Shown here: positions 51,280-63,571 of the stretch, one piece after another
Layout of the letters: each line of letters opens with the position of its first letter
How positions within the stretch are numbered: position 1 is the stretch's first letter
Assembly: GCA_036172245.1 (NCBI GenBank)
Contig: JAYWIR010000009.1
Coordinates: forward strand, 496,001 to 560,000
Source of the DNA: Raillietiella orientalis
Taxonomy: Eukaryota
Direction: 5' to 3'
DNA: 64,000 bases
Position numbers and translations under genes: made by a program
The notes under the pieces: generated by a model
Database searches by the model: none
Told to the model about the DNA's origin: nothing
The model's input: only the letters and a program-made list of their open reading frames with translations

Positions 51280-53800
51280 GACTTTCGCTCTTCGTCCGAG
51301 TCCGAGAGACCTGCTAGTGGTGATCCATGATTTCTGGTCAGTCGGAACGATGGCGTGGCTAAAGAAATCGCCATGGAAAGTTCCGATGGGACACTGCAAA
51401 GAAGCATCCCTGCTTCTTTGCATCTCTGCGGAGCAGAGATCGCGCAAATGCCTTCCGGGTTCTTTCGGAAAAAAGCCTTCAAAAGCGGAGGACTCCGCCC
51501 CTTGATGATTTCCTTTTTTTTGACTAGATTTGCATTTTTCAGGAAGCGCTTTGAATCCCCTAAGTCGAGCTGCCTTGATGGCACATTCGGATGCAACTCG
51601 ATCGTGATCAGAGAGCAATTTGCTTCTATTTTGCATCACTGGACGTTCCGTTGGTCTCCCAATGAAGGGATGGACCGTTTCTGAGATCCGTCTCCACATA
51701 AATTCTGGGCTGATCAGGAAACTTCAAGGTGCAGAGCGACGTCCCGAAACCGGGTGCGGATCGTCTCTTCTCGAATCACCAATTTCGCGACCGTGCACAC
51801 CCATTCCTTGCGGAGCGAGGGCGGTGGGTGCTCCTGAGTTCGACGTCAGATTGCGGTGCCGAACGAGTCTCGTCTCTCAGCTGTTCGACGATCACAGGAA
51901 AAACGCCGTGCACCTCGGTGTTGAGTGACCTGCATCCTCCCTCTGCGCGCGGAGGAGGGTAATTAGTCGGTATCAAAGTGGCCATCCGTGAGCACCTACT
52001 AGGGAAAATCTGGTCTGTTGTGCCCTGCAAGGAACCCCACACCCCCATCTCGGAACCCAGCGCTAAGCGGACAGTTTGGATACTCAGGAAGGCAGACAGA
52101 GAGCACGACTTCCCTCTTTCACGCGAAGCGGGGCGACATGCGACAGAGATAGTTCATATCTGTTTGCATCCGCGTCTCGCACTAGAAACGAAGGACAGGA
52201 TTCACGCCACGTGAGCTCTTATTCTTACCTCCTTGGAGATGAATCGCTCGCCTGCTGACACAGTCATGCAGACCCATGGAGGGTGCATGGACTTGGAGCC
52301 GCATTGCTCACACGAAAAGCGGCGATTTTTCAATCTTTTCGAAGGTTTGAAGACATGATTTCTTGTTGGCAAGAGACGGTTGTCGGACGAGTTCCACTCC
52401 ACCATTTCATGTGCACCACGAGGCCAAGTCTGTCTGCTCGAGTTGCAGTGCCTCAAGGGTTCGCACTCTTCTTCAGAGCGATGTCTGCATTTGTTGCTTC
52501 CAAGGGTGCGCTATGCTCCGCGCCTAGCAGATGCCCCGGATGCCTTCGATGCTCGACACCGTCGCAACCACCTTCACCAACTCATCTGCATACCCTTGGG
52601 GATGTCCAGTTCTCGCACCACATCCTCGTTCTTGAGGACCTCGGTGACCCCGCCAACCGAATCACCACGGGGAAAGCGAGGCGCCTGCGTTCCATATTCG
52701 CCTTTGGGTTCCTTGTCGCGCCTCCTTGAACTCTGCCGTGAACTGTCCCGATGAGCAGCACGCTTCGAGTATCGTGACGGAGCTCTCTATTTCCTCGGGT
52801 CGTACCAATGACAAGTCGCCCTTTGGTTGAGGGCCAGGAGTTATCCTCCGTCACCTTCTTGGTGAAGCCGATCGAGGTTTCCTCGTCTTCCTTTTCTTCA
52901 GTCTCTTCACCTGGACGACGGTAAGTGCGAAGGCATTTGCGGACTGTAAATTATCCGTGTTCCATTTTGGTTCGCTTATTTCCTCCTCTTCTTTCATGGT
53001 ACCTCCTTTTGCAGTATCTTGGATCTTCACTCCATTTTCTGTGCCTGCTTTCCCACGGATCCTTTCGTTCTCCTTCCAGCAGCCATCGTGTGCAGCCCAT
53101 GTTTCCGGTGTTTGGTTTCCTCTCTCGGAGATCTTTGCCAGGCTTGTTCGCTGCCTCGCCTCCTGTTTGGCATTCTCTGACACGCTTTGTGAACTCATTG
53201 CCCCTAAAGATCGCACCATGCTTCTGGAAACTCAGGAAGCCGAGGTGAAAATACCGAACTGTTTCGTACGATCGCTTTCACACTCCCAGATTTGTCCTCC
53301 TCCATTTCATTGGAGTTTTTTGCGGGAGTCTTTATCATGCGCTGTCGTTCCTGCGAGCGAATCGTTCCATTTCTTTTCCAGGGGGACATCTACTGAGTCC
53401 TGAGAAGTCGCGTTCCAACATGAAAGAGACTCCGCTGGTGCCCAGGTCGTATCCTCATCAGTCCATGACAATAAGCACTCTTGCAACAGTTCTTCAGCGC
53501 TGGAGCACACGATTCAGTATGCCTTTTGGTGTTCTGAAGGCACCCATCCGTCTATCAGCTTGGACACTGGGCCAAGGGCATTCACGAAGCTGCGGATATG
53601 AAATACGTAATCCTTTATGACCTGATGTCAGAACCATTGATATTGCTTAGGAAGCACTCCATCTCTTTGTCAATCTCCTTCTCCATCGGGATACAGAGCT
53701 CGCAGATAAACGCGACCCATGACATAGAGCTCGATCTCTAGTTGGACAATCTTCAGCTGTTCCTGAGAAATAAATTTCCACATGACTTCCTGTCGACTAC
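51280..53800 (-). pseudogene. Death domain + NACHT pseudogene
   Basis: DD-like ISQEQLKIV/SWVAFICELCIPMEKEIDK and AEELLQECLLSWTDEDTTW; NACHT tract 52354-52947; then GSKSMHPPWVCM. Confidence 0.5.
52354..52947. repeat. Near-identical direct repeat C, copy 2
   Basis: Matches 44700-45293. Confidence 0.95.
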
Positions 53801-54199
53801 GCTCGTATCCTCAGGCATCTGATTCTCTTCCAGTTGCGGATGAGTGTGATTCATCTCTTCCCTCATATTGGCGGAGGTCGTCAGGCTGCTGTCCTTCAGC
53901 TCAGTGTACATTGTGCATGAGTTCCAGGTGGCCCGTGCAGGCTGCTGAGATTTGATCCCACCACTGGGCTTCCATACACGGCTGGACTACAATACTTTGT
54001 CAGCATCCCTGAAATAAAAAAAACGAAATGATTCCGGCAACAGGAAAGAGAAGATGCGGAAAAGCGATGTTAGTGGACTCCACGTCACAGAACGGTCACA
54101 ATTCTATGCACATCCAGACCTTGGTTCCGACGGAATGAAGTACAGAGGTTAGAATGCAGTCTGTCCAGAGTCGAGTTTGCTTCCCTCCATTTTCAACAC

Positions 54200-54900
54200 G
54201 TGTTCCTAAAATGATGAGAGCTCCGGAGAGTTGGAAGCGATCAAAAAAGATCCAACTTCCGAAATCACCTTCAACGTCAGGGAAAATTAATGGGTGGAGG
54301 ACTAGCGGAGCGTTGATAGACGGCAGCTCATAACACGTGCATGCAGAGCGCCGCTCGCGAATCGGCAACCTGCTCATTTCTCTGGAGCAGGGAGAATTCC
54401 TTCCGTTTGCTGGAGGCCTAGAAGAAAACTTTGAGCCTCATCCGAGATTGAACGACGCGTGGATGATTCCACGGCACAGCTACATCGTATGGATCGGCTT
54501 GGCAAGTGTGTTTGGCGCAGTGCCGCATGAACCACTGGATCACATCCTGCGGGAAACTGAGGTCGGAAAAATTAGGGGGGAAACGATGGGAGATGCGTAC
54601 ATGGATGAGTACTCTCTGGTAAGGAAGCAGAATTCCAACCTGTTGGAAAAATTAATACGGAAGTGAAGTGGTTCATTCAACGCTGCGCTTTGCAATCTAG
54701 CAGATGAACCGATGCCTCGAAGGCTGGAAGAGGCCTTAGGTGGTCACCTTGTACTAGCATATGCTTATGAACCGGTGTTGCGTGGAAACAGAAAATTGCT
54801 TCCTGGAAGCCTCTAAATGCTACAGCAACTGTGAGCGGAAGCTAGGCAGTCCATCCCAGTCCCTGTGAGTCGTCCTACCTCGAAGCAACGATACCCAGAA
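54200..54900 (+). pseudogene. NACHT C-terminal remnant
   Basis: ENFEPHPRLNDAWMIPRHSYIVWI (NP.L..LC.IPL...IVC-like); NLLEKL. Confidence 0.42.
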
Positions 54901-55039
54901 GGACCATGAAAACGACTTTCCCAAAAGGCGACCACGACGACTACTCATCACGTTAACATACACAGATATCAAGAGAAACCGTTTTCCTTGCTCTCGTTCT
55001 TATTGGAGCTCATCATTAAACGAAGCATGCCCCAAGCGA

Positions 55040-55760
55040 TAGTTATAATAAATGGCATTTTGTCCCGCAGCAAAAAATGAAGGCAGTGCTGACTTTTTTA
55101 AATGGGCTATTCAGCAAACCAGAATAGGTGTCTATGATAAATAAAGACAACACCTGAAGAAGTGCTTGAATCTTCCGAGCATAGCAACCAGTGGAGAAGT
55201 TGTATGTTCCTCTCGAATTCACCCGACAAGGACCACTACTTCGCCATAAATATTTGTGTTGAACGGCATACCACCACACTCGATCCAGAAATGCAGTAGA
55301 TCTTCTGAAAGCGCTGCTGAAGAAGACACTGCGTGCATCATTGACGGATGAGAATTTGGATGCATTATCATCTGGATCAGTAGAGGAAAGATTCAATACA
55401 TTGAACAATACAATGGACCAGAAGCAGGTGCGCAGAGGGGAATTCCTGCCAGAGCGAATGAGCGACAGACCTTAGAAGAGTGTGGACCCAGAATTTTCGA
55501 TCGGGATCAAATCTCGAGCAAGCATTTGAGAGTTGAATTCATCTTCCTTCTGTGCACGGTGCAAGTCAGGTCCGGCGTGGCTCGCCGCATCGAAAAGACC
55601 TCGGTCCGAGAGGTTTTCAATGCGTGGAGCAGCACCGCGCATCGGCGCGTTTCCTTCCCGGCGGAGAAATCTTGGGGCGCTCCGATTATGAAAATAGCTC
55701 GTGAAGGGCATTCTAATTTGGTATGTGTGAGGTCATCATCAAGAATGGCAGCATGTGCAG
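55040..55760 (+). pseudogene. NACHT N-terminal remnant
   Basis: VEKLYVPLEF, IFVLNGIPP, VDLLKALLKKTLRASLTDENLDAL, DPEFSIGIKSR. Confidence 0.4.
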
Positions 55761-56189
55761 GGGGTATGCTATGAGGCAGGCAGGTACCTTAACTACTTAA
55801 TGAACCACTGCACCAGAAACCAAGGGAGATTTTTAACCAGGTCACGCCGAGGCGTTTATTCAAAAAAAATAACAAACCTGTTAAGAACCACCAAGTTCTC
55901 CCCAAAATAACAAGGGCAAAGAGAGAGTGCATCGCCACGCAGGTCGGTTATTCCAGAAGTCTGGAACGGGTGGAAGGAGATGAACAGAAAAAGCAAAAAA
56001 CAGGGGGCAGGACAGAGGTCTTCGGTTCTTCTCATTCCTTCTCAAAGATCGAGTTCGGAACGGGAGAGGAAGGAAAATCGCTAAATAGAGGAAAGGGAAA
56101 AGGTGACATCAAGGGTCACCGAGTTCGGTTGTTTCTTCCTCCGAAAACGGCCGCCGGATGCTGCCGGTCTCCGCCTTGACTTCCTATCC

Positions 56190-57180
56190 TAGGAGAGGCC
56201 ACCTAGCAACCGTCCTCGACAGGCAGCTGCCATGCGGATGGCCTCCCTTCGCCGGCCATCCTTCCTCGAGACATGTCGGGCCGTGTTGGCGGTGCGGACG
56301 CGCCATCTCGCTGCGGTCAGACTGCCCGTAAAGAGTACGCCGCACCCGGTCACGGGTGGTGTCCTCCTAGTTCTGCAACGGCGAAGCCGGGGCATTTCAG
56401 TCCCAAAGCAAGAGAGGGATCGATTCTGCCGACTCGCCTCTGGCACGGTCCGGGGATGCATCTCCCCTGGAAACGAAGTGCAGGCGCTGATTGCACTGGA
56501 ATCACCAGTATGGAAGCAGCGGGCAGCCTGTCCCCGACATGAGGGGTACACGGAAGTGTTCGAACATCATTGAGGGACCACGACTTCGTCGGGGACACTA
56601 GTCGCTCCGCTTGTGAACGAGCAGTGGCTGCGTCCACGAGCTCGCTGATTGCGCTTCAGAGTGTGCTCTTTCCTGCAGTGGTGCAGAACTCCCACTCTGC
56701 TGGTAGTCAAAGCAGAGGTCGCTCGCCTTAGAGCAGACAGCGGTGTGGCAAGAGGTGAGGCAGTCAGGGCCGAAAACTGCCTCGAGTCCTGCACTACCAC
56801 TGGCAAAGGATGGCTGAGGGAGAGACGCAGGAGATCGAGCTCTGATGGGCGGATTCCTTGATACGCGCCTCCTGCAGCCAATCACTAAAGTTCAGCGGGC
56901 GGTAGGAGATCAACGGATAGACTTCCATAAGCGAGGCAGCAACGAGCAGTCCGCCGATGGGGCGCCGTCGAGGGGAAACGAAAGAAGATCGTTGGGATGC
57001 GAAATCGTGACTGCTGGTCAATGCCCCCCCCCAACAAACTCGAAGCTACTTCCTCGTCTGATGGTGGACACTCCAACTGGCTCGGAACTTTGCAAAACAA
57101 TAACAGTAGAAGCGCCCTCGCACATCTTCCCCTACGAATCCCCTGCTACCGTCCACTTGAGGGGACCGTACGAATAAAGA
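56190..57180 (+). pseudogene. NACHT pseudogene
   Basis: GGVLLVLQRRSR (Walker B), VQALIALESP, RHEGYTE, SFLQWCRTPTLLVV; mostly a single frame. Confidence 0.6.
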
Positions 57181-57329
57181 AGAGCAAATGCGGATGATTA
57201 GCTCTCCAAGTTTTTGATAAGAGAGCACCAGCGTCTTCAGAGAGATCGACTTGGGATTCGTCTAACGACGAGGTGCCAAGACAACTGGGAATTTCACCTC
57301 CTCACTTCAGTCTCTCTCTTCGTCCTCCT

Positions 57330-57661
57330 CTCTTCCACTTTCTCACTTCTTCCCCCTCTTCAGTCCCTCGTCCTCCGCATTTCCACCTCTTTACTTCTTG
57401 ACTCCACCTGATGACCTGTCCGAAGCTCAAGGAAGCAGGTTCTGTAAGTTCGTAAAGTCGTGGGCTCCGGAAAATGGCGGAATGTGCTCTCTCCGGAAAT
57501 CGAGGAGAAATCGGAACTCCGGAGCCCTCGATGAGAAGCATCAGGAAGGAGATGGGGTGATGTAACATGCGCTTCTCCTGGAAGACCCACTGGAGACACG
57601 AGTCGGATTACTGGCCCGAAGAAAGCCCCTCGAGACGACAATCTCGAGTGGAAGATGAAAT
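57330..57661. repeat. Dispersed inverted repeat (partner 1-340)
   Basis: Reverse complement of the window start. Confidence 0.9.
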
Positions 57662-57789
57662 AGGGAGGGTGGCCGGATAGGGGAAATGGCGGAGAATCCT
57701 TCGCCCTTGGGTGAAACCTCCCCACTTCTTGCCACATCATTAGTAAATCGCAGGGCTCATCTTTCACGCGCTTTGTTGAGCGCTGCCAC

Positions 57790-58480
57790 TGGGCTTTCGA
57801 GTGGACAGAGTCTCTTGGGGCACGTCGACTCCTTCTGCCTTTCTCAGGACTACCGAGGTCGCAATGACGACTCGCACCGGGCATCCCCTCTTCTTTCTAC
57901 CCAGGTCACCAGTATGGCCATCCAAGGCCATCCATTTGTCGGCAGTTCTTAAGAGGTGGTCTTTAAGTGTTCATATGCACGAATGAACGAGTCTATCCTT
58001 TCAAATGAAGGACAATCTTCTGGATTTCCCCCGCAGAACGGAAGCACCAAATCGGCACAGTGATCTCTTCCTTTCGGTCAAGCAAGGTAGGCGCTCGTGA
58101 CCTAGGAACTAAAATGGCGTCACTCTGTGAAGATGCTGCGGCTGTACTGACCGAGTGCATGTGAGGGGGGTCACCTTGCACACTAAGGCTTCAGGGAGAC
58201 TCCGGGAAACGAGCTGATTTCTCTCCTCCTGCTTCTTTGGCAGAGGGAACTCCGCGCGCTCAAAAGCTCTGAGCGTTGCCAGTCATCCAGCATCTTCGAT
58301 TCAGCCGGAGGGCACATTCACGTCCTTCCCTCCCGCAACAGCAATCAACAAGGCTTCTCCGTCGACCCCCTTGCCGCATGAAATTCCCGTTTTTCAGCAG
58401 GAAGAAGGCTTTCGGAAGAATCGATTTAGGAAACTCTTCTGAGTGGAGGGAGCAGACAGCACTGGTCAGTCTCTCCTGCA
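57790..58480 (+). pseudogene. NACHT N-terminal remnant
   Basis: FCLSQDYRG, MAIQGHPFVGSS*EVVFKCSYA (Walker A region), VIQHLRFSRR. Confidence 0.4.
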
Positions 58481-58799
58481 TGGAATTCCCGGAGCAAACG
58501 AACTCTCATGGAGCGGAAATTGGAATTTGGATGTTATTGGGATTTATAGCATCAGAGAAGCAAGTCCGAAAATTCATCTCCATCTCGACTTCCAATTTGT
58601 TTCAGTTTTTTGTCGTCATTACTTTTATATTTTTGTAGGGAAAACACAAAAATCCCATCCCGAGAGTAGAGGACCCTTCTGGGGAATCCGTTATCGATCT
58701 GAAGATCAGTTTCTGGAAACTGACTCTGCTGATCGTTGTAAATCTTTTCCCAGGGAGTCAAGCTGCAATCGAGGAGCGAAGAAAACGAGACACACCTGC

Positions 58800-59340
58800 T
58801 CGAACCCCGGCGGGGTTCGGTTTCCTAGGTTTGTCAGCCAACGGCGCGGCCTTTGGAGGACGACAGCAACAAGGGAGACAGTAAGTCCTGTCGCTACGGG
58901 ATGCAGCCGAGTGGTCCCCGCTGAGCTCATCGTGCATCAGCGACGGGCGAATCATCGCCAGCTTGTGGACTCTCACTCCTCGTGAAGGGTCGTCCTGGAC
59001 CGGTTTCAACATCACCTGCGTTTCCTTGATGGTGGAAATGACCCCAGCGCTCGCTTCCTGGTGATAGCTGCCGCTAAAGGAACTCGAGCCTCGAGGAACA
59101 TCCCTGTAAAGAGAGAACGGCGAAGGCTGTCTACAGCGCTTCAGCTTCTGGAGGACACTGCCAAGGACTCGCTGCGGAGATTCTTCGCGTACGGCGGACT
59201 CTCGGTCCGCGCCGTGGCTTCGACGGTATGCTGCATCCCCGCCATCGTCGCGGTCGGCCATGGCATGGAGGTGTGAGCGCAGCTAAGGGAGGTCAACCGT
59301 ATGTCAGCGGCCTACGTGAGAACAGCCTCGCCTGCAAGAA
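58800..59340 (+). pseudogene. NACHT remnant
   Basis: ARFLVIAAAK, QLLEDTAKDSLRRFF, AQLREVNRMSAAYVRT; nucleotide similarity to 10950-11060 on the opposite strand. Confidence 0.42.
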
Positions 59341-59624
59341 GTCGGGTCGGAGATCAGCAGGACTGGGAGCCGGTACTGAGCACAAAGGACGACTGGCGCT
59401 AGAAGTCTCATCCTTCCTTTATTCATTTATCCATTGTTCCCCCTTCCTCGTACTCCGGACTGCCCCAGCAACCGACCTATGTGCCGATGAATCTTCCCCT
59501 CTTTCTTTTTCCGTGATGGAAATCCTTTTAGGTTTTCTTCTGTTTTGCTACTTCCCTTCCAGTTTTTTTTTTTTTTCGGGTTTTCTTTTCTAGGATTTTC
59601 CAAGTACTGAAGAACCGTTTCCCT

Positions 59625-60229
59625 CCTTAAAAGGTTCACGAAGCTCTTTGACACTGTCCATGCCACCAGAGGGAGCGTGGAACTCTTCAAGTTAAAGCGG
59701 ACATCTTAGAGGGACCATCCGATGAATCCAGGAAGGCTTCGGAGGAAGGAGTTCGTTCCACTTATTCTTGGTAGGGAACCCTGAATGGAACCTCTTCCTT
59801 ACTCTCTCCGGTGAGGCGCCCTGCAGGATGCCATTCCTCATTTCTTTTCCAAAGGAACCTGAAAAGGATCGGCTCCTGGAATTTCTTCTCCGAAACGCAC
59901 TCGCAAGGAAACCATCCCTTGTTACTACTCTGAAGAAAACCCCGAAGGGAAGCTTCCAAATTTCTCTGAAGGGTGATCCTCGAAGGGAGCAGTTCACTTC
60001 TTGGACACTCTGGAGAGCCAATTCCCCGAGGGGAGTATCAACCAGCTCAACCGGCTCCTTGATTCCCGGAAGGACCCCGGAGGGTCAACTTCCAATCTCG
60101 GACAGTCAACGGGGCATCTGGTTTCCGGCTTTCATCGGCACCGCACTCGAAGACTACAGACCAACCAGCGTCGTCCTGCGGGAGGGACTCGAAACCCACG
60201 ACGCACCCATCTCCCTAGAGTCGATCCTT
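59625..60229 (-). mobile_element. SINE, copy 5 (5'-truncated, lacks tRNA head)
   Basis: 60035-60175 is nearly the reverse complement of 41101-41241; the rest is homologous to the copy 4 body and 3' end. Confidence 0.75.
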
Positions 60230-60547
60230 TATGTTCAACCGGTAATGCTGGGGAGTTTATGATAGAAATATTTACAATAAAAACAGTTACATAAGATATA
60301 AAAATGTTTTCCATTGTGGTGGCTTTACAGCATCACTATGAAAGGAAATGCCTCGGAGGTGCTGCTTCTCGTGGCAGCTCCCCAATGAAGTCCGCGCAGG
60401 AGAAGTGGGGGAAGGGTTGAACAAGAGGAAAAAAAACACAAAAGTTCGGTTTAACAACGTGTTGATGGAGGGGAGAAGTGGAGGGATCAAAGATTTCTTC
60501 CGGGTGGCGTCCTCAGCATCCTCTAGGGGATGTTGGCATCTTCATCC

Positions 60548-60578
<31 letters not shown>

Positions 60579-60859
60579 TCTTCCTCCTTTTTTGTTGTTT
60601 GTCACCCGGGTGTTTCGGGGCGTTTATTCTTAAACTATTCAGGAACAGAGTTCCCGGACAAAGGATACAGAAGAAACGAAGGGGAAGATCCCCGACACGC
60701 AGGTCGGTATACCGAAAGTCCGGAACGGGAGGGGGGGGAGACCACAAACACACATATAAAAAAATAAAAATAAAGATATGGGGAGGGTAGGGGACAGGGG
60801 TCTTTGGTTTGGCCGTTCCTTTTTTCAGAACCTGCTATGGATGCCGGTGATCTCTCTCC

Positions 60860-63360
60860 TAACGTCTTCCGGAAGATTGGCCCATTCGGCAGCCGACGCC
60901 ATGTTCTCCCTTTTGCTGGTAGAGATGTGGCCATCTTGTTGCCTTCCTCATGAAGGAGCAGATGATTAGGATAACCTCATCGTTCGACTGGCCTCTTTCG
61001 GAGCAGCTTCTCGACACCGCTGTTCCGCGATGGCAGCACGGATCTTCGAGGGGACATGCTGACGACGTCGAGTCGCACGTAAAGAGGCACCGCAAAACCT
61101 TGCCGTTGCCCATCGGAAGTAGGAGAACTCCCAGGGAGCATTCCCAGTCACTCAGGAGGGCAACAGGTGCGGAAAAGTTTCCCTTTGCCTTTACCTGGCA
61201 CAGTCCAGGATTGCAGCCCCCCTCTTCCAGTGGTGGACTCGCTCGTCCAGTGCAACAACTGCGATGTCGAGTCCTGCCACTTCGGTGAAAGCGTAAAGGT
61301 GTCCACAAACATGGGAGGAATTTCTGCTTTTCAGGAAGGATGTCCAGGAGCTCCATCCAGAGAAGAATTCCCCTGGGGAGGGCAGCGAGGGTGCATGCCT
61401 CGGGCAGTTGACGCACCGTACAGTATCCCAGCTGCTTCTTTCCTGCGATTTCCCAGGATACTTCCCATCTTGCAAGGCCATCACCACGTCCACTTTGTTG
61501 GATTATGTTGAGCATGGCTGCAATTGGGATATTCAGTGGTCAGATGGCCTTTCTTGCGCGGTTTATGATTTCCTGCAATGAGCAGCTAGAGTAGCTCAAG
61601 AATTGATAACCCCGGTCTCGTACCGTTTTTTTCCACCCACGCCTGAACCTTTTCCTGTTTTCAGACAACTCACGGTCGAAAGGGCAGCAAGAAATTCACC
61701 TGTTCTCCTGCATCAAGGCGAACATTTGCCGGGATGGGACCCGCAGTGGGGCAACCCTCTCTGGCCATGCACAGGGCGCACCGAGTCCCTCAGCGCTGTC
61801 TGGCCCTCGGCTGGCCAGGAGTCTGACCGGGACGATGCACCCTTTTCTCTGGCGTCATCGGGTGAAAATGAAGGCATGGGAGGGGCTCCTTCCTGGTTTC
61901 TGAAGTTCCCGAGAGAGCCTCCTGGGGACTCCGGCTTCCGAGGAAGGGGGCGCCGGCAGAAACGCTCGTCAGCTTTTCTTCTTCGGCAGCGGAGGCACGG
62001 GGGCGAAGAGGCAGCTCCTTCAGATGACAGATGCTTCTTCTTGCGTCTGTTCTCCGCATCCAGAGACGTGGTGCCGGCATGATCCCGCTCTTTTTGTCCG
62101 CATCAGCGCGCGTGGAAACGCGGTTCCCAGAGCGCCGTCGCGATTCACTCCCCACTGAAACTTGAAGGTCGCGCCCCTGGTGGCCATGAAGAGTTCAACC
62201 AGTCGATTGGAAACCACCAAACCAATGGCCATCGGGAGAACGGAGCACTTCCTTCTAAGATGGATCTTCACCAGACTAGACTTGCTCCTCTTCTGAAGTG
62301 CTCTTGAGTTCTCCTTTCGGAAGACGGATGCTCCGCGTGGATGCATTCTCGTGCGCGCTACCGCGATCTGTAAGCAGCAAGATCTGCAGACTAGCGGCCG
62401 CTGTTCCCCCGCCACCGCGGCTGCCGTGTCCATTTCAAGGGATTCGGGAAACCGCGGCAGGAGGTGAACGCTGACCACGCGACCAGCCACCACTTCTGCT
62501 GTTCCTCGCTTCACGATGCGCTCTTTGTTTCCTTCCATCAAGCGGCGTAGGAAGCAGCCTCCTTGGAGACGCCGATAGGGGATAAATCTTCCCTTTCTCC
62601 AAAGCTTCCTGCTCTTTCGTTGCCTGCATTCGCGATCGGTCCGACTTGAAGATGGCCGTCGCGCTCTAGTAGAGGAAGTTGGGGAAGCGGGTCGGAGACC
62701 TTGAAGCCTTTCTGCGGAAGGAACGGAGGTGCAGCGAGCCAGGAGTGACGAGACGGGTACCTGATGGGAACGATGATTTTTGAGCGGCATCAGAGTGCGG
62801 TTTGCTTTCTGGAGAACTCTCGCCTGCTGGACTCCAAAGGAGGCACCTTTCACCTGCTGTTGGCCCCAGGATGGTCTCCTGAAGTGCAGCCGAGGTGTGT
62901 CCCCAGATGCTCGACGCCAAGTAAAGCATCGTAGAGTGATCCTCCAAGGGAACCTCTCCCCCGCTCCTTGGATGCTCTTTGACCATGAGCTTCGACCTCA
63001 CTCTTTCAGTCCACCCGGGAGTGGCTGTGCCGTGAGAGGGACTGTGCCTGTCCATGATGCAGTGGTCTCCCCAAGTTTCAGTTCCTTCCAGAAAGCCCCC
63101 TGGTTCCCTACTTGCGAGCAAGATGGAGGGCTCTTGTTTTTCCAGTGCACCTTGATCTACGACGCGTGATCAATCTGCTAGGACTCAACTGCTGTGGAGG
63201 ACTGACGGAAAATTCTTCCAGGAAGAGCAGGATTCGAGAGTAATGAGGGGGACGCGGAGCTGCGAGAGCGGACCGACCTCCTGGAAGTGGCGAGCTGTCT
63301 TCCCCACCAGAGACAGCCTTCTCTCCAGGAAGAACGAGGTCGATCATCGGCAGCTGCACA
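60860..63360 (-). pseudogene. Death domain + NACHT pseudogene
   Basis: GGFLEGTETWGDHCIMDR (DD end), VSSLLAR, GRFIPYRRLQG, VHLLPRFPE, LQIAVARTR, SVFRKENSRALQKR, LRRKCSVLPMAIGLV, RLVELF; 277-codon open stretch 62020..62853. Confidence 0.55.
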
Positions 63361-63571
63361 AAAACACCTGCGTCGGGTTGCCCGATGGGCCCGAATATCT
63401 AAAATCCTTTTCCCGAATTCAAAGCCGAATCCTTCCGTCTTTCGAATCCGAGAAATCCCGGCGAAAAGGATCCTGTTCCGCAGACTTTAGGAAGAGAGCG
63501 TTCGGATTCAGATCGCAGCGCGAAGGGGTATGTGCTTTGTGTGCGCATGCACGCGTGTACACGCTCATACG

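Noticed and set aside
55240..55410. hAT transposase dimerisation domain (KKTLRASLTDENLDAL)
   Set aside because: It is flanked by LYVPL, IFVLNGIP and IGIKSR in NACHT order, with no other transposase motifs or terminal inverted repeats. Not fully excluded without an HMM search.
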